The notes below the pieces were generated by a model, which did not search any database, was not told where the DNA came from, and saw only the letters and a list, made by a program, of their open reading frames with translations. 64,000 bases of DNA from the human T2T-CHM13v2.0 reference genome, Homo sapiens: NCBI RefSeq assembly GCF_009914755.1, contig NC_060935.1; one strand, given 5' to 3'. Position numbers and translations under genes: made by a program. This document shows, one piece after another, positions 15,750 through 31,015 of the stretch. Each line of letters starts with the position of its first letter. Within the stretch, counting starts at the first letter, position 1.

Positions 15750-17850
15750 CAGTAGGGCCGCTGTCCCAACACGCCAAAGAGGCTACAAATAACCTTCCAG
15801 GAGAGAGCCGGGGAGGGGAGAGCGCAGAGCGGAGCGGAACGTGGGCCGGCCAAGCTACCGCTCTTCGGAGAGAAAGAGCTCAGTCCGCGCTAGAGAGGAC
15901 GCGGAAAAAAGCCCCTGAAAACCCACAGGTAGTTTAAATAAGAGACATGAAAACTCTGTTTTGGATTTGGGAGGTAAACCAATCTTTAAAACGAGTGCCT
16001 AGACATCTCCACGCCCTGCCAGGCAAGTTCGGAAATCTGCACTGACTTTTTCCACACGAGCTGTCCTACGTGAAAGAAAGAACCGGTAAAAGACCAGGCA
16101 GGGTCTCCAGACCCCTCCATTCTGAGCCCCAGCTCCCTTCATCGGGGCTGCGAGGCAAATGGGGAGACTCGGAACTCCCGCCACGATGAATAGCGATGGG
16201 TGAATAGGGCTGGGGTTCAAAGATCAAAGTTCTTTGATCTCTGGGCACAAACTAGGGAAAGCTGCTCAATCACGGGGTGCACCCAGGGTCGTTAAGAGCC
16301 CGCGGAGAAGCAGATTCCATCGGAGCCCTAGTCCCACACAACAGGGGGTACGGGCACCAAGGAGTCCTGCTGCAGCCGTCCAGCTCCCCCGAGGGCTGGG
16401 ACCCTGCCGCGAGGGCCCGGCGGCTGCCTTCTGGGGTTCAGGGTTACCGGCCCCCTGCCCCCCTACCCCAGCCAGGGCAGATCTGCGGGAGCCTTCCAGC
16501 AGTTTCTTCCCTATATTCCTCCTCAGCCCCCTTTCCAACCACCTCCCTTTAGGACGATCCAGGGCTGGAAGCTGACTGGCCGCAGCCAAGAGAGGGACCC
16601 CGAAACACCGCCGAGGGGAGATGCTGCCCGCAAACAGTGCCCCAGAGCCCCTTGGTGGGAGCAAGACCTGGAGTCCGGGAATCGTTCTCCGAGTAGAGGA
16701 ATCCCGGTGCCCAAGTACCAGATTCTACCGGGGCCTCTCTCCGCAACCCGCCCGAGCCCCCAGCCCCAGGAAGGAGGGCTATTTACAATTTATGGGTTTA
16801 GCGACCCTCCTCACCCGCCTCCCTTTCTTCGCACGCATTCATTCGCACCAAGGACACAGAGCCCCCGACCTAACCTGAAAGGGAAGCAGCCCCCGCTCTT
16901 GAAAGAGCAGCGAGGGAGGGCGAGCGAACGAACGCCCCGGACCTTACCCGCGCCCCGGCCCAGACCCGCGCCCCGGCCCAGACCCGAACCCGCGGAAGCG
17001 CCTCCGCTGATGCCCCCGCTCGGACTGCTGGAGCCGGGGCCGCTCCGGGTCCTCTCCCCTGCACGCAGCCCCAGGGCCACGGCTAGGAGCGAGGGCGAGG
17101 GGTCTCAGGCCCCGGCCCGCGCCGTCCAGGTCCCGGGAGGCGAGTCCTGCAGCGGCCGGACCCAGGGACAAACTTTCCCGGCGGGCGCCGCTTACCGTGT
17201 GCGCAGAGCAGGGCGCCAAGCAGCAGCGCGCCCCACTGCCGCCTCATGGTGCCGCCCGCGCCGCTCGCCCGGGGTCCCGCCGGCTCCCGCCGGACGGCGC
17301 GGCGGAGAAGCCCGCGGAGGGTCCCCGAGGGGGAAGCGTCCCGGGTGCACGGCGGCCTGCGCGCCCCGCAAGTCGCCCTCGGGCCGCCGCCGCCTCCAGT
17401 GCTGCCAGAGCCGACGCTGCCCCGCCAGGGGACCGGGAGGGGGTGTCCCGGGCCCGACCGCCCCGCCCCCCGCGCCGCAGCCCCGGCCACCGCCACCGCG
17501 CCTGGGCCCGCCCCCAGCGCCGGCCCGGCCCCTTCCCGCCCTCGGCCCCGGCTCCCTGGTCCCCCGACCCCACCCGCCGGCGCCTCCTGCGCGGGGCCCC
17601 GCTCCTCCTCAGGCCGCCCCCACATTCCTGGCCCGAGAGAGAGCCCCCTCCCTGTCGCTATTACTACTGCTTAAATTTCCCTAACTTAAAAAAAAAAAAT
17701 TATCCTAGCAGCAAGTCTCGCCCCCGCTCACTCCAGCTCTATGCTTCAGACGAGCACCTGAGCTGACCCAAGTCGCCTGGACGTGACCCTGCCCCCGCCT
17801 ACCGGCCCCAAGTCCAGACTTTTTTGATGTCTGCGAATACGCAAGGCTTG
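15750..17850 (-). promoter_or_regulatory. LRP4: LRP4 CpG-island promoter / 5' UTR / start of intron 1
   Basis: Very high GC and CpG density, many GC boxes (CCCGCC) and G-runs on the minus strand around exon 1. Boundaries approximate. Confidence 0.85.
17196..17247 (-). CDS. LRP4: LRP4 exon 1 coding part (signal peptide)
   Basis: Minus strand ATG at 17247 (ggcaccATGa) reads MRRQWGALLLGALLCAH+G, the LRP4 N-terminus. The 52 nt end at the donor CACG|GTAAG (GT at 17195-17194), phase 1. Confidence 0.97.
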
Positions 17851-19033
17851 TGGATGCATAATCCTCTTGGGTCTTTATTGACATCAAACAAGGGACATCA
17901 GGGGGCCTGGAGTGCTGTATCTTAACTGGCGTTCTCACTGTCAAAATTCCTTTTCGGAGATTTTCTTCTCCCTGGCCTCCCCCGGTCTAGGCAGCGTTGT
18001 TCTAGGGCTAAATAATTCACCGACCCCCCCGCCCCTTTTCATTCACTCATTTCCTGAGATGGTTGTCTGGGTCCTGTTGCTCCAGCTCAGAGGCCCAGAT
18101 TCGGCCCATACAGACTTAGTTCCTCCTTGCTGTCTTTGTAAATCACTGTTGTTAGCCTCTTCACCTTCTTTGACTTTCTGATCCTGACAAGGAAGGGAGG
18201 GGGTCAGGAAAGGAGTCCTCATGGGCAGCTGCACTCCCACAAAGCCCTCAGCCTCCTTCCAGCCCCAGTCTGTAGGTCCTTCCCTCAGATTTAACTTTTG
18301 ATTTACTGCATAAAATCATAAACTTGTCTCTAGTCTTCCTTCCTTTTGTGGTCTACTCTCCCTAATGCATATTAATAATACGGATTAATTTCACCACCTT
18401 CCATTTTTCCAGGTTGAATCTTGTTTTGTTCCTTTTGCCCAAATGCCCAACTTTCTGATGGCCCAGTATATCGCTTTTTTCCCTCCCAGCTGATATGCCA
18501 GCATTTCTTGGGCTTGGATCATCTATGGATTTCATTAACTCACTTTCCTCACCAGTAAATAGAGTCAGGAAGACCCAAATGCCCCCTGTTAGCTGAGGGG
18601 AAAGTAATTTGGCATAGTGCAAAGTGGTTATTAGATTTCTCTAAATGGATACATTGACATTTCATCCTTGCTTGTTTTTTTCAGTACTTTCACTTCAAAT
18701 TACCATCTTTTACCAAAGCTAACATGAACCATACTTTGCGACAGCAACAACAACAACATAAAAGATGTAAGGTGTTAACTCCTTGTTAGGCAGTAGTTTT
18801 CTATATCGTTTTGCCTGAAATTTTTATCCAGATGCAATGTGGTTGAACTAGCATCACCATGGTAACTATTACTGAAGCATTTTCTGGGTGTGTAGTTCTT
18901 CTTGCTGACTGAAGGCGGCAGTAGCGTCAGGTCAGGCTTACATGATCTTGGGGCTAGGCAAGACTGTCAACATTTCTGGCCTCGATCAGTTACCACAGCC
19001 TAAAATCCAAGGAGGAAAAAACGTCAAAAGTAG

Positions 19034-19263
<230 letters not shown>

Positions 19264-19316
19264 TAGCTGGGATTACAGGCATGCGCCATCACGTCCGGCT
19301 AATGTATTTTTCGTAG

Positions 19317-19442
<126 letters not shown>

Positions 19443-20354
19443 TAAATCTGTTGGGAATGACCTTGGGATTCTGGAGACCATATTTTTTTCCAGCTGAAAA
19501 CTAGGGACTTGTGGTAGAGCGAGTACAGTTGTCCCAAAGAAATCCAGGATAGGCAGTCCCCATACTTTCAATGTCAGGGGATTAAGAAGTTATAAACAGT
19601 TTCCACTCTGTATGCAAAGGACAGGTTCCTTTCCAGAGGCATGATTTGTGTTGTTTTTCTGGAATTGGAGAAGAAACGAGAGGCGGGCTGTCCCTGTCTG
19701 ACTCAGCTTGAGAGACTGTTTCCTATGTGCATCCCAAGTCCTTCTCCACGGTTCAGCACAGTTCTGGTGCACAGAGTCATCCCTGGCTGCTGTGAGTCAC
19801 TGGGAATATCAATGGGTAAGAAACTAGCTTCGTGCATAGTCCCTGTCTGGGTCACCCCCTAGGGTGAGTTAAGTCTTGGCTGTCAGAGACTGCTCTTGTG
19901 CCAGGAGTACTAAGCCATATTTATTTTTACCAGGCCTCTCAGACTTTCTTGTTTGGAGTGAGAGATCCTGAAAAGCAGGCCAGAATGGGCTGTTTGTCTC
20001 CCTTTCACTGTCCTCTGGGACATGCCCCTAGAAAAGTTGTAGGGGACTGCCAATTCCAGAGGGGTCTCAGAGGCGTTGGTTTCCTCAGAAACACCACCCC
20101 TTTCCTTCATCTTTCTAGAACAGCCCAGCATTCTTTCTTCCCAAGATCAGAATATTTCCCTGAATTAGACCATCACTAATGGTCTTTTCAAAGGAAACGC
20201 AGGGAGTGCTACGGAAACAAGATAGGGGTGGGCACTATTTTGATCCAACTGGGTTGGTAGAATTCTCTTATAACCCGGGAATCATTCAACAACCTGAATT
20301 TCTATATGTAATTCTTCTACAAGAGAATAAGGCCTGAAGTTTCACACTTCAACA

Positions 20355-21123
<769 letters not shown>

Positions 21124-22170
21124 TTTAAAAGATTAAAACATGAGACTGCAAAGAATTACTCTATCTTATTTCCAGAATCACTTTCTTGTTGAAGGCAATG
21201 TGAATGGAGATAAGTTTTTGTTGTTGTTGTTGTTGTTGTTGTTTTATTTTGTTTTTTGTTTTTTGAGACGGAGTCTCACTCTGGGCCCCAGGTTGGCCTG
21301 ATCTCAGTTCACTGCAGTCTCTGCCTCTGGGCCCCAGGTTGGCCTGATCTCAGCTCACTGCAACCTCCGCCTCCTGGGTTCAAGGAATTCTTGTGCCTCA
21401 GCCTCTCCAGTAGGTGGGATTACAGGCATGTACCACCACACCTGGCTAATTTTTTTTTGTATTTTTAGTAGAGACAGGGTTTCACTATGTTGTCCATGCT
21501 GGTCTCCAGTGATCCACTCACCTTGGCCTCCCAAAGTGCTGGGATGACAGGCGTGAACCACTGCGCCCGGCCAGTTCTTAAAACTTTAGAAGAGAAGGCA
21601 CAGCTAAGGGGACTAATAGAATCCTATACCTATTTGCTTTAGAGAGGCTTAATTTCAGGATTCGCTTACTCAGTAACTACTTATAAAGGGTATATTATGC
21701 GCCAGGCACTCTGAGGCAATGATGAACAAATAAATATATTGGGTCCCTGGAACTTACAGTCTGATGGTTGAAGGGGGCTGCAAGTTTGCAGAAGCATTTA
21801 AAAAATGCTCCCACAAATGAATTTGAAGTTACAAATGTTAGAGGCTTTGAGGGAAAAGTACAGGGTTCTATGAAAGGAAAGACTGGACTTAGGTTTGGGG
21901 GTTCGAGGAAGGCCTGCCAGAGGCACTGACACCTAAGCTGAGTAAAAGCCATCAGGCTAGGAGTGGATGAGGCCTTCCAGGCAGAAGGAACAGTGTGTGC
22001 AAAGGCCTTGAGCCAGGAAAGACCTCATAGAATGTAAGGAAAAGTTTTACTAACTTTCAGCAACAGATTTGCTTTTATCTAGGTTCAGGGGGCTACTACT
22101 GAAGACCAGAAACAGTGAAAGCGTGAAAGCCTGAGAGAATAGTGTCATTTGCATTTCTGTGCTTTTTTAA

Positions 22171-22323
<153 letters not shown>

Positions 22324-24456
22324 TGAGTAGCTGGGACTACAGGCAAGCACCACCACGCCCAACTAATTTTTGTATTTTTAGTAGAGACGGGGTTTCACCA
22401 TGTTGGCCAGGATGGTCTCGATCTCTTGACCTTGTGATCCGCCCACCTCGGCCTCCCAGAGTGCTGGGATTATAGGCGTGAGCCTCCGCGCCTGGCCCAC
22501 ACCATCATTTCTAGTGCCAATATTTTTCATGTTCCAGCTCAGCAGTGGTTCTCCAGTCGGGATCTGGGGCATGTGGCTGATTCAGATCCCTGGCCTAACT
22601 TGGGGCACACCCTGATAGGTGGGGCTTTCTGGCCCATTTTCATCTCCTAGAAGCCTGATATTCACACACCGGGCACATATAGAGTCTCTGCAGCAAATAG
22701 CTCAGTATATCTTGCTTCTTTTAACAGTAAAGATATATTCAGAATGTTGGGGTAAACAGATCAATGAATAAATGCTCATTTGATAACAAATATGAATGAA
22801 GCATCTATGTAAATGGCCTCTCTGTTTTCACACTTGCCCCTTTATAATTTGTTCTCTGCACAGCAACCAGAGTGACTTTTTAAAAAATATAACTCATGGT
22901 CTGGCACAGTGGCTCATGCCTGTAATCCTACTACTTTGGGAGGCCAAGGTGGGAGGATTGGTGGAGTTCAAGACCAGCCTGGGCAACATGGTGAAACCTC
23001 ATCTCTGCCAAAAAAAAAATAATACAAAAAAATACAAAAAATTAGCCAGGCGCGGTGACATGTTCCTGTAGTCTCAGCTACTCAGGAAGCTGAGGTGGGA
23101 GAATCACCTGAGCCCAGGAAGTTGAGACTGCAGTGAGCCATGATCCTGCTACTGCACTCTAGCCTAGGTAACAGAGCAAAACCCTGTCTCAAAAAATAAA
23201 ATTAAAATAAAAATAAAACTCAGATCATGGCTTAAAATTTTCCAATGCCTTCCTGTTGCACTTAGAATAAAATTCTTACTTCTCATGTGACTTTCAAGGT
23301 CCTCCATAACCTGACATCTGCTTACTTCTTTTTTTTTTTTTTTTGAGACAAAGTCTTGCTCTGTTGCCAAGGCTGGAGTGCATTGGTGCGATCTTGGCTG
23401 ACTGCAACCTCTGCCTCCCGAGTTCAAGCAATTCTCCTGCCTCAGGCTCCCGAGTACCACCATGCCCAGCTAATTTTTGTATTTTTAGTAGAGACAGGGC
23501 CTCGCCATGTTGGCCAGTGCTGGGATTACAGGCGTGAGCCACCGCGCCTGGCCCTGCTTATTTCATTGACCACTTTCCACGCTGGCTCCCTTTCAGTTCT
23601 GCAACTTGCCATTGTTTCTGTCCTACAACTTGTGCATGTGGTGTCTCCTCTACTTCAAATGCTGTTCCCCTAGGCCAGGTGCGGTGGCTCATGCCTATAA
23701 TCCCAGCACGTTGGGAGGCCGAGGTGGGTGGATCACTTGAGGCCGGGAGTTCGAGACCAGCCTGGCCAACATGGTGAAACCCCGCCTCTACTAAAAACAC
23801 AAAAATTAGCCAGGGGTGGTGATGTGCACCTATAATCCCAGCTACTTGGGAGGCTGAGGCAGTAGAATCACTTGAGCCCGGGAGACGGAGGTTGCAGTGA
23901 GCCCAGATCTTGCCACTGCCTCCAGCCTGGGCGACAGAGGGAGAGAGACTCTGTCTAAAAAAAAAAAAAAAAAAAAGAAGTCAAATGCTGTTCATCTAGA
24001 CCCTTCCTGTGACTGGTCTCAGCTCAATATCACGACCTCAGAGAAGCCTCACCTTCAGAGATGTCTCACCTTATCACCCTAAAGTTGCCTCATTCTCACT
24101 TACTGCCTTTATCCTATTTTATTTTCTCCACAGGGTTTATCATTCTTTGAAATAATCTTGTTTGTTGTTGTGTATTTATATTTGTCTATCTGATCACTAT
24201 TAGATGAACTCCAATGGAGCAGGGATTTTTTTTTTTTTTAATTCTCCAGCACCTATGAATAGTGCCTAACACATATTGCTCAATAAATTTTTGGTAAATG
24301 AATGAAAAGCAGACAGTCAGCTAGGGCCAGGGAAATACAAAGATGAATAAGATAAGGTCCATAGGGCCAGGTGTGGTGGCTCACGCCTGTAATCCCAGCA
24401 ATTTGGGAGGCCAAACGGGGAGGATGACTTGAGGCCTGGAGTTTGAGACCAGCTTA

Positions 24457-24789
<333 letters not shown>

Positions 24790-25013
24790 TTAAATTTGGA
24801 GTAGCTGGGCATTAAAGGTGGGGGAAATTTCACCAGGTAAGTAAAGGAAAAAATGAGGAGGGGGCACATATTCCAGATGGAAGAAATGGCATCAACAAAG
24901 GCATTTGCAAGTGGCTGCCATGTTTGGAAAATGATCAATACTCTTGTGTGGCTAGAAGAACATCGGGTGATTAAGGAAAGCAGAGAGGGGACCTCTTTTT
25001 TTTTTTTTTTTGA

Positions 25014-25121
<108 letters not shown>

Positions 25122-25986
25122 TAGCTAGAACTACAGGCATGCGCCACCACGCCCGGCTAATTTTTGTGTTTTTAGTAGAGATGGGGTTTCGCTATGTTGG
25201 CCAGGCTGGTCTCGAACTCCTGACCTCAAGCAATCTGCCCAAGAGAGGGGACCTCTCAATAACCAACTGTTACTGAAAATTGTTTCTGAATTAAATGCCC
25301 TTTATATTTTTTATATCTGTTTATTCAATGAGCAGTGACAGAGTTTCTATAAACTACAAGGGAGCGATTGTACTGTTTTTAAAATTCATCTTTCTATTCT
25401 TTTTATACCTTTGTCTCTAGACAAATGATACTTTTCCCAGGAGAGAGATGGGCTAGGTAGTAGGTTTACATCTGGTTTTACTTTTTTAAAATTATTTTTA
25501 TTGTTTTAGAGATATGCTTTCACTATGTTGCCCGGGCTGGAGAGCAGGGGCTAGTCACAGGTGCAATAACAGCACACTATAGCCTTGAACTCCTGACCTC
25601 AAGTGATCCTCCTGCCTCAGTCTCCTGAGTAACTGGGACTATAGATGTGCATTAATGCACTTATTTTAAAAAACTGAAATCTAAAATCTCTGTCTCCTAA
25701 GAGACTTAAGAAAAGCTTAATAAATTAACTTAAATATTCTTAAGAAAATATTCCCCAAAGAGCAAAATAATTACAATGTCAGGACAGAGCCTAAATTCTA
25801 TCTAGTTTAGGTTTATGCCTCTGATGGTGACTCTAAATGGATTTGTCAGGGTTGTCCTTTGATGTCCCCCTCAAAACAACAGTACCATAACATACTAGAT
25901 TCTAGTTGCCCTTAAGGACTATATGGAACTATCATCAATGGATTTATCTAAACCCATTTTGAAGCTGTGTGGATATTCATTCTTTT

Positions 25987-28267
25987 TGATAAGTTCCTGT
26001 GTCCCCGCCCAAATCTCAACTTGAATTGTATCTCACAGAATTCCCACGTGTTGTGGGAGGGACCCAGGGGGGAGGTAATTGAGTCATGGGGGCTGGTCTT
26101 TCCCATGCTATTCTTGTGATAGTGAATAAGTCTCACGAGATCTAATGGGTTTATCAGGGGTTTCCGCTTTTGCTTCCTCCTCATTTTTCTCTTGCCGCCA
26201 CCATGTAAGAAGTGCCTTTTGCCTCCTGCCACAATTCAGAGGCCTCCCCAGCCATGTGGAACTGTAAGTCCAATTAAACCTCTTTTTGTTCCCAGTTTCA
26301 GATATGTCTTTATCAGCAGCATGAAAACGAACTAATACAGTAAGTTGGTACCAGTAGAGTGGGGCATTGCTGAAAAGATACCAGAAAATGTGGAAGCGAC
26401 TTTGGAACTGGGTAACAGGCAGAAGTTGGAACAGTTTGGAGGGCTCAGAAGAAGACAGGAAAATGTGGGAAAGTTTGGAACCTCCTAGAGACCTGTTGAA
26501 TGGCTTTGACAAAAATGCTGATAGTGATGTGAACCATAAGCTTAGTCCAGGCTAAGGTGGTCTCAGATGCAGATGAGGAACTTGTTGGGAACTGGAGCAA
26601 AGATGACTCTTGTTATGTTTTAGCAAAGAGACTGGAGGCATTTTGCCCCTGCCTTAGAGATTTGTGGAACTTTGAACTTGAGAGATATGATTTAGGATAT
26701 CTGGCAGAAGAAATTTCTAAGCAGCAAAGCATTTAACAGGTGACTTGGGTGTGTTAAAAGCATTCCATTTTAAAAGGGAAACAGAGCATAAAAGTTCAGA
26801 AAATTTGCAGCCTGACAATGAAGTAGAAAAGACAAACCCATTTTTTTAGGAGAAATTCAAGCCGGCTGCAGAAATTTGCATAAGTAGCAAAAAGCCTAAT
26901 GTTAATCCCCAAGACCACGGGGCAAATGTCTCCAGGCCATGTCAGAGACCGTTATAGCAGCCCCTCCCATCACAGGCCCAGAGGCCCAGGAGGAAAAAGT
27001 GGTTTCGTTGGTTGGGCCCAGGGTCCCCATGCTGTGTGCAGTCTAGGGACTTGGTGCCCTGTGTCCCAGCTGCTCCAGCCGTGGCTGAAAGGGGCTAACA
27101 TAGAGCTTGGGCTGTGGCTTCAGAGGGTGGAAGCCACAAGCCTTGGCAGCTTCCACATGGTGTTGAGCCTGTGGGTGCACAGAAGTGAAGAATTAAGGTT
27201 TGGGAACCTCTGCCTAGATTTCAGAAGATGTATGGAAATGCCTGGATGCCCAGGCAAGTTTGCTGCAGAAGCGGGGCCCTCATGGAAAACCTCTGCTAGG
27301 GCAGTGCAGGAGGAAAATGTGGGGTTGGAGCCCCCACACAGAGTCCCTACTGGGGCACTGCCTAGTGGAGCTGTGAGAAGAGTGCCACCGTTCTCCAGAC
27401 CCCAGAATAGTAGATCCACTGGCAGCTTGCACTGTGTGCTTGGAAAAGCTGCAGACACTCAACACCGACCAATGAAAGCAGCCAGGAGGGAGGCTGTACC
27501 CTGCAAAGCCACAGGGGCAGAGCTGCCCAAGACCATGGGAACCCACCTTTGCATCAGCATGACCTGGATGTGAGACCTGCAGTCAAAGGAGATCATTTTG
27601 GAGCTTTAAAATTTGACTGCCCCACTGGATTTTGGACTTGCATGGATGCTGTAACTTGTTTTGGCCAATTTCTCCCATTTGGAATGGCTGTATTTACCCA
27701 ATACCTGTACCCCCATTACATCCAGGAAATAACTAGCTTGGTTTCGATTTTATAAGTTCATAGGCAGAAGGGACTTGCCTTGTCTCAGATAAGACTTTGG
27801 ACTGTGGACCTTTGGGTTAATGCTGAAATGAGTTAAGACTTTGGGGGACTGTTGGGAAGGCATGATTGGTTTTGAAATGTGAGGACATGAGATCTAGAGG
27901 GGCCAGAGGCAGAATGATATGGTTTGGCTGTGTCCCCACCCAAATCTCAACTTGAATTTTATCTCCCAGGATTCCCACGTGTTGTGGGAGGGACCCAGGG
28001 GGAGGTAATTGAATCATGGGGGCCGGTCTTTCCCATGCTATTCTCTTGATAGTGAATAAGTCTCACGAGATCTGACGGGTTTATCAGGGGTTTCTACTTT
28101 GCTTCCTCCTCATTTTCTTTTGCCACCACCAAGTAAGAAGTGCCTTTTGCCTCCTGCCATGATTGTGAGGCCTCCCCAGGCATGTGGAACTGTAAATCCA
28201 ATTAAACCTCTTTTTGTTCCCAGTTTCAGGTTTGTCTTTATCAGCATCATGAAAATGAACAAATACA
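25987..28267 (+). mobile_element. Full-length THE1 (THE1A-like) MaLR: LTR 25987-26339, internal 26340-27914, LTR 27915-28267
   Basis: Two homologous ~350-bp LTRs ending ...AATACA flank a ~1.6-kb THE1 internal segment. The start of the 5' LTR is degenerate and no TSD is evident. Confidence 0.9.
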
Positions 28268-28415
28268 GACTTTTGACAAATACTTCTTCTGTCTTTCTGG
28301 GTAGTGGAAATATTATAACAGCAAATAAAACATGTTCCCTGGCTATGAACAATTTTTAGTCCAAGAGGAGTAATACCCAGGCAAACAAATAAGTAAAGAA
28401 TATGATAAATGCTAA

Positions 28416-28802
<387 letters not shown>

Positions 28803-29470
28803 TAACCTAGGTTTTAAAGGATGTGTAGTTTACTAAGCAGAAAATATAGTAGAGGTACATTCTAGACAGAAAGCTTACACCAAAGCAAAGGGTGTGAAAG
28901 AGCCCAATATGTTGGGGGATATCGAGTAGGAAAGCATGGCTGTATGTATAAATTTGTAGAGAAGACTGAGTGGCGAGATGGCTGGAAGAAGAGGTTAGTA
29001 CCAAGCTGTGAAAGGATTTATATGTCTGCATGTGAAGTTTTGCTTCTTCCTAGTAATGGTGAGTCAGCAGCAACACCTTTTTTTTTTTTTAATGTAGATA
29101 TGGTGTCTTGCTATGTTGATCAGACTGATCTCAAACTCCTGTCCTTAAGTGATCCCCCCACCTCAGCCTCCCAAAGTGCTGGGATTACAGGTGTGAGTCA
29201 TTGTGCATTGCCTAGCAACACTTTTTAAATAAGGAAGTAACATGGTCAAATTTGAACTTCAGAATAACATACTCTTGTGACAATGTAGAGGATGATTTGG
29301 GGGAGAAAGAAAAAATAGACACAGAGACTCCAGCTTCTTGTCCTAAGCTTCTGAAATTTGGGAACTCCCAGTTCATATCTTAAATTTGATATCTAGCACA
29401 TTCTCTCTCATCCTTCTGAACTAATTCTGTTATGTACACGAAGCATTCTCTCTAAACACTTTGTTGTTAG

Positions 29471-29671
<201 letters not shown>

Positions 29672-29801
29672 TAAACATATTTTTTGTAGAGATGGGTCTC
29701 ACTATGTTGTCCAGGCTGGTCTCAAATTCCTGGGCTAAAGCAATCCTCTTGCCTTGGCCTCTCAAAATCCTGGGACTATAGGCATGAGCCACCATGCCTA
29801 G

Positions 29802-30047
<246 letters not shown>

Positions 30048-30770
30048 TGATCTGCCCACCTCGGCCACCCAAAGTGCTGGGATTACAGGCGTGAGCCACT
30101 GCGCCCGGTCAGTCTGGGTATTTTATACATGGTTATTTAGGTGTAGGAAGCATTTGCCAGTGCTTTCTGATTGACTTTTAATGTCTTTCTCAATGATGCC
30201 TTTTGTTTTTCTGGCCGTTTTGGGGTTTTTGGTTTTGGTTTTTTTGTTTTTTTTTTTTTGAGATAGGGTCTCGCTCCAGGTTGGAGTGCAGTGGCATGAT
30301 CACCCCAGGCTCAGCTGATCCTTTTGCCTCAGCCTCCTGAGCAGCTGGGATTAAAGGCATGAGCCACCACACTTGGCCACCTTTTTCTTTAATAAATATT
30401 TTTAATGAATTGATTGCCATGAGGCGCCCATAAATCCTATTGATTGGTAGGTCTTTGTTTTCTAAACTTCTAATCTAGAGGGAAACAAATTCATTTAACA
30501 GACGTTTATTGTATAACTGATTTCTGCAGGCACTGCACATGGTCCCAGAAATTTAAAGATGAATGAAGACTGTCTCTGCCCTCATGGAACTCACAATCTA
30601 GTAGGAAGAATTTTTTAAAAAGACATAAATGGTTATAAAAGTGCATACTAGCTGGGCGCGGTGGCTCACGCCTGTAATCCCAGCACTTTAGGAGGCTGAG
30701 GCGGGTGGATCACCTGAGGTCAGGAGTTCGAGAGCAGCCTGACCAAAATGGAGAAACCCCGTCTCTACTA

Positions 30771-31015
<245 letters not shown>

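Noticed and set aside
16707-17766. 325-aa, 189-aa and other Pro/Arg/Gly-rich ORFs
   Set aside because: Expected stop-codon scarcity in the LRP4 CpG island; no domain or splice support.
26899-27573. 224-aa ORF
   Set aside because: Remnant open frame of the THE1 internal region.
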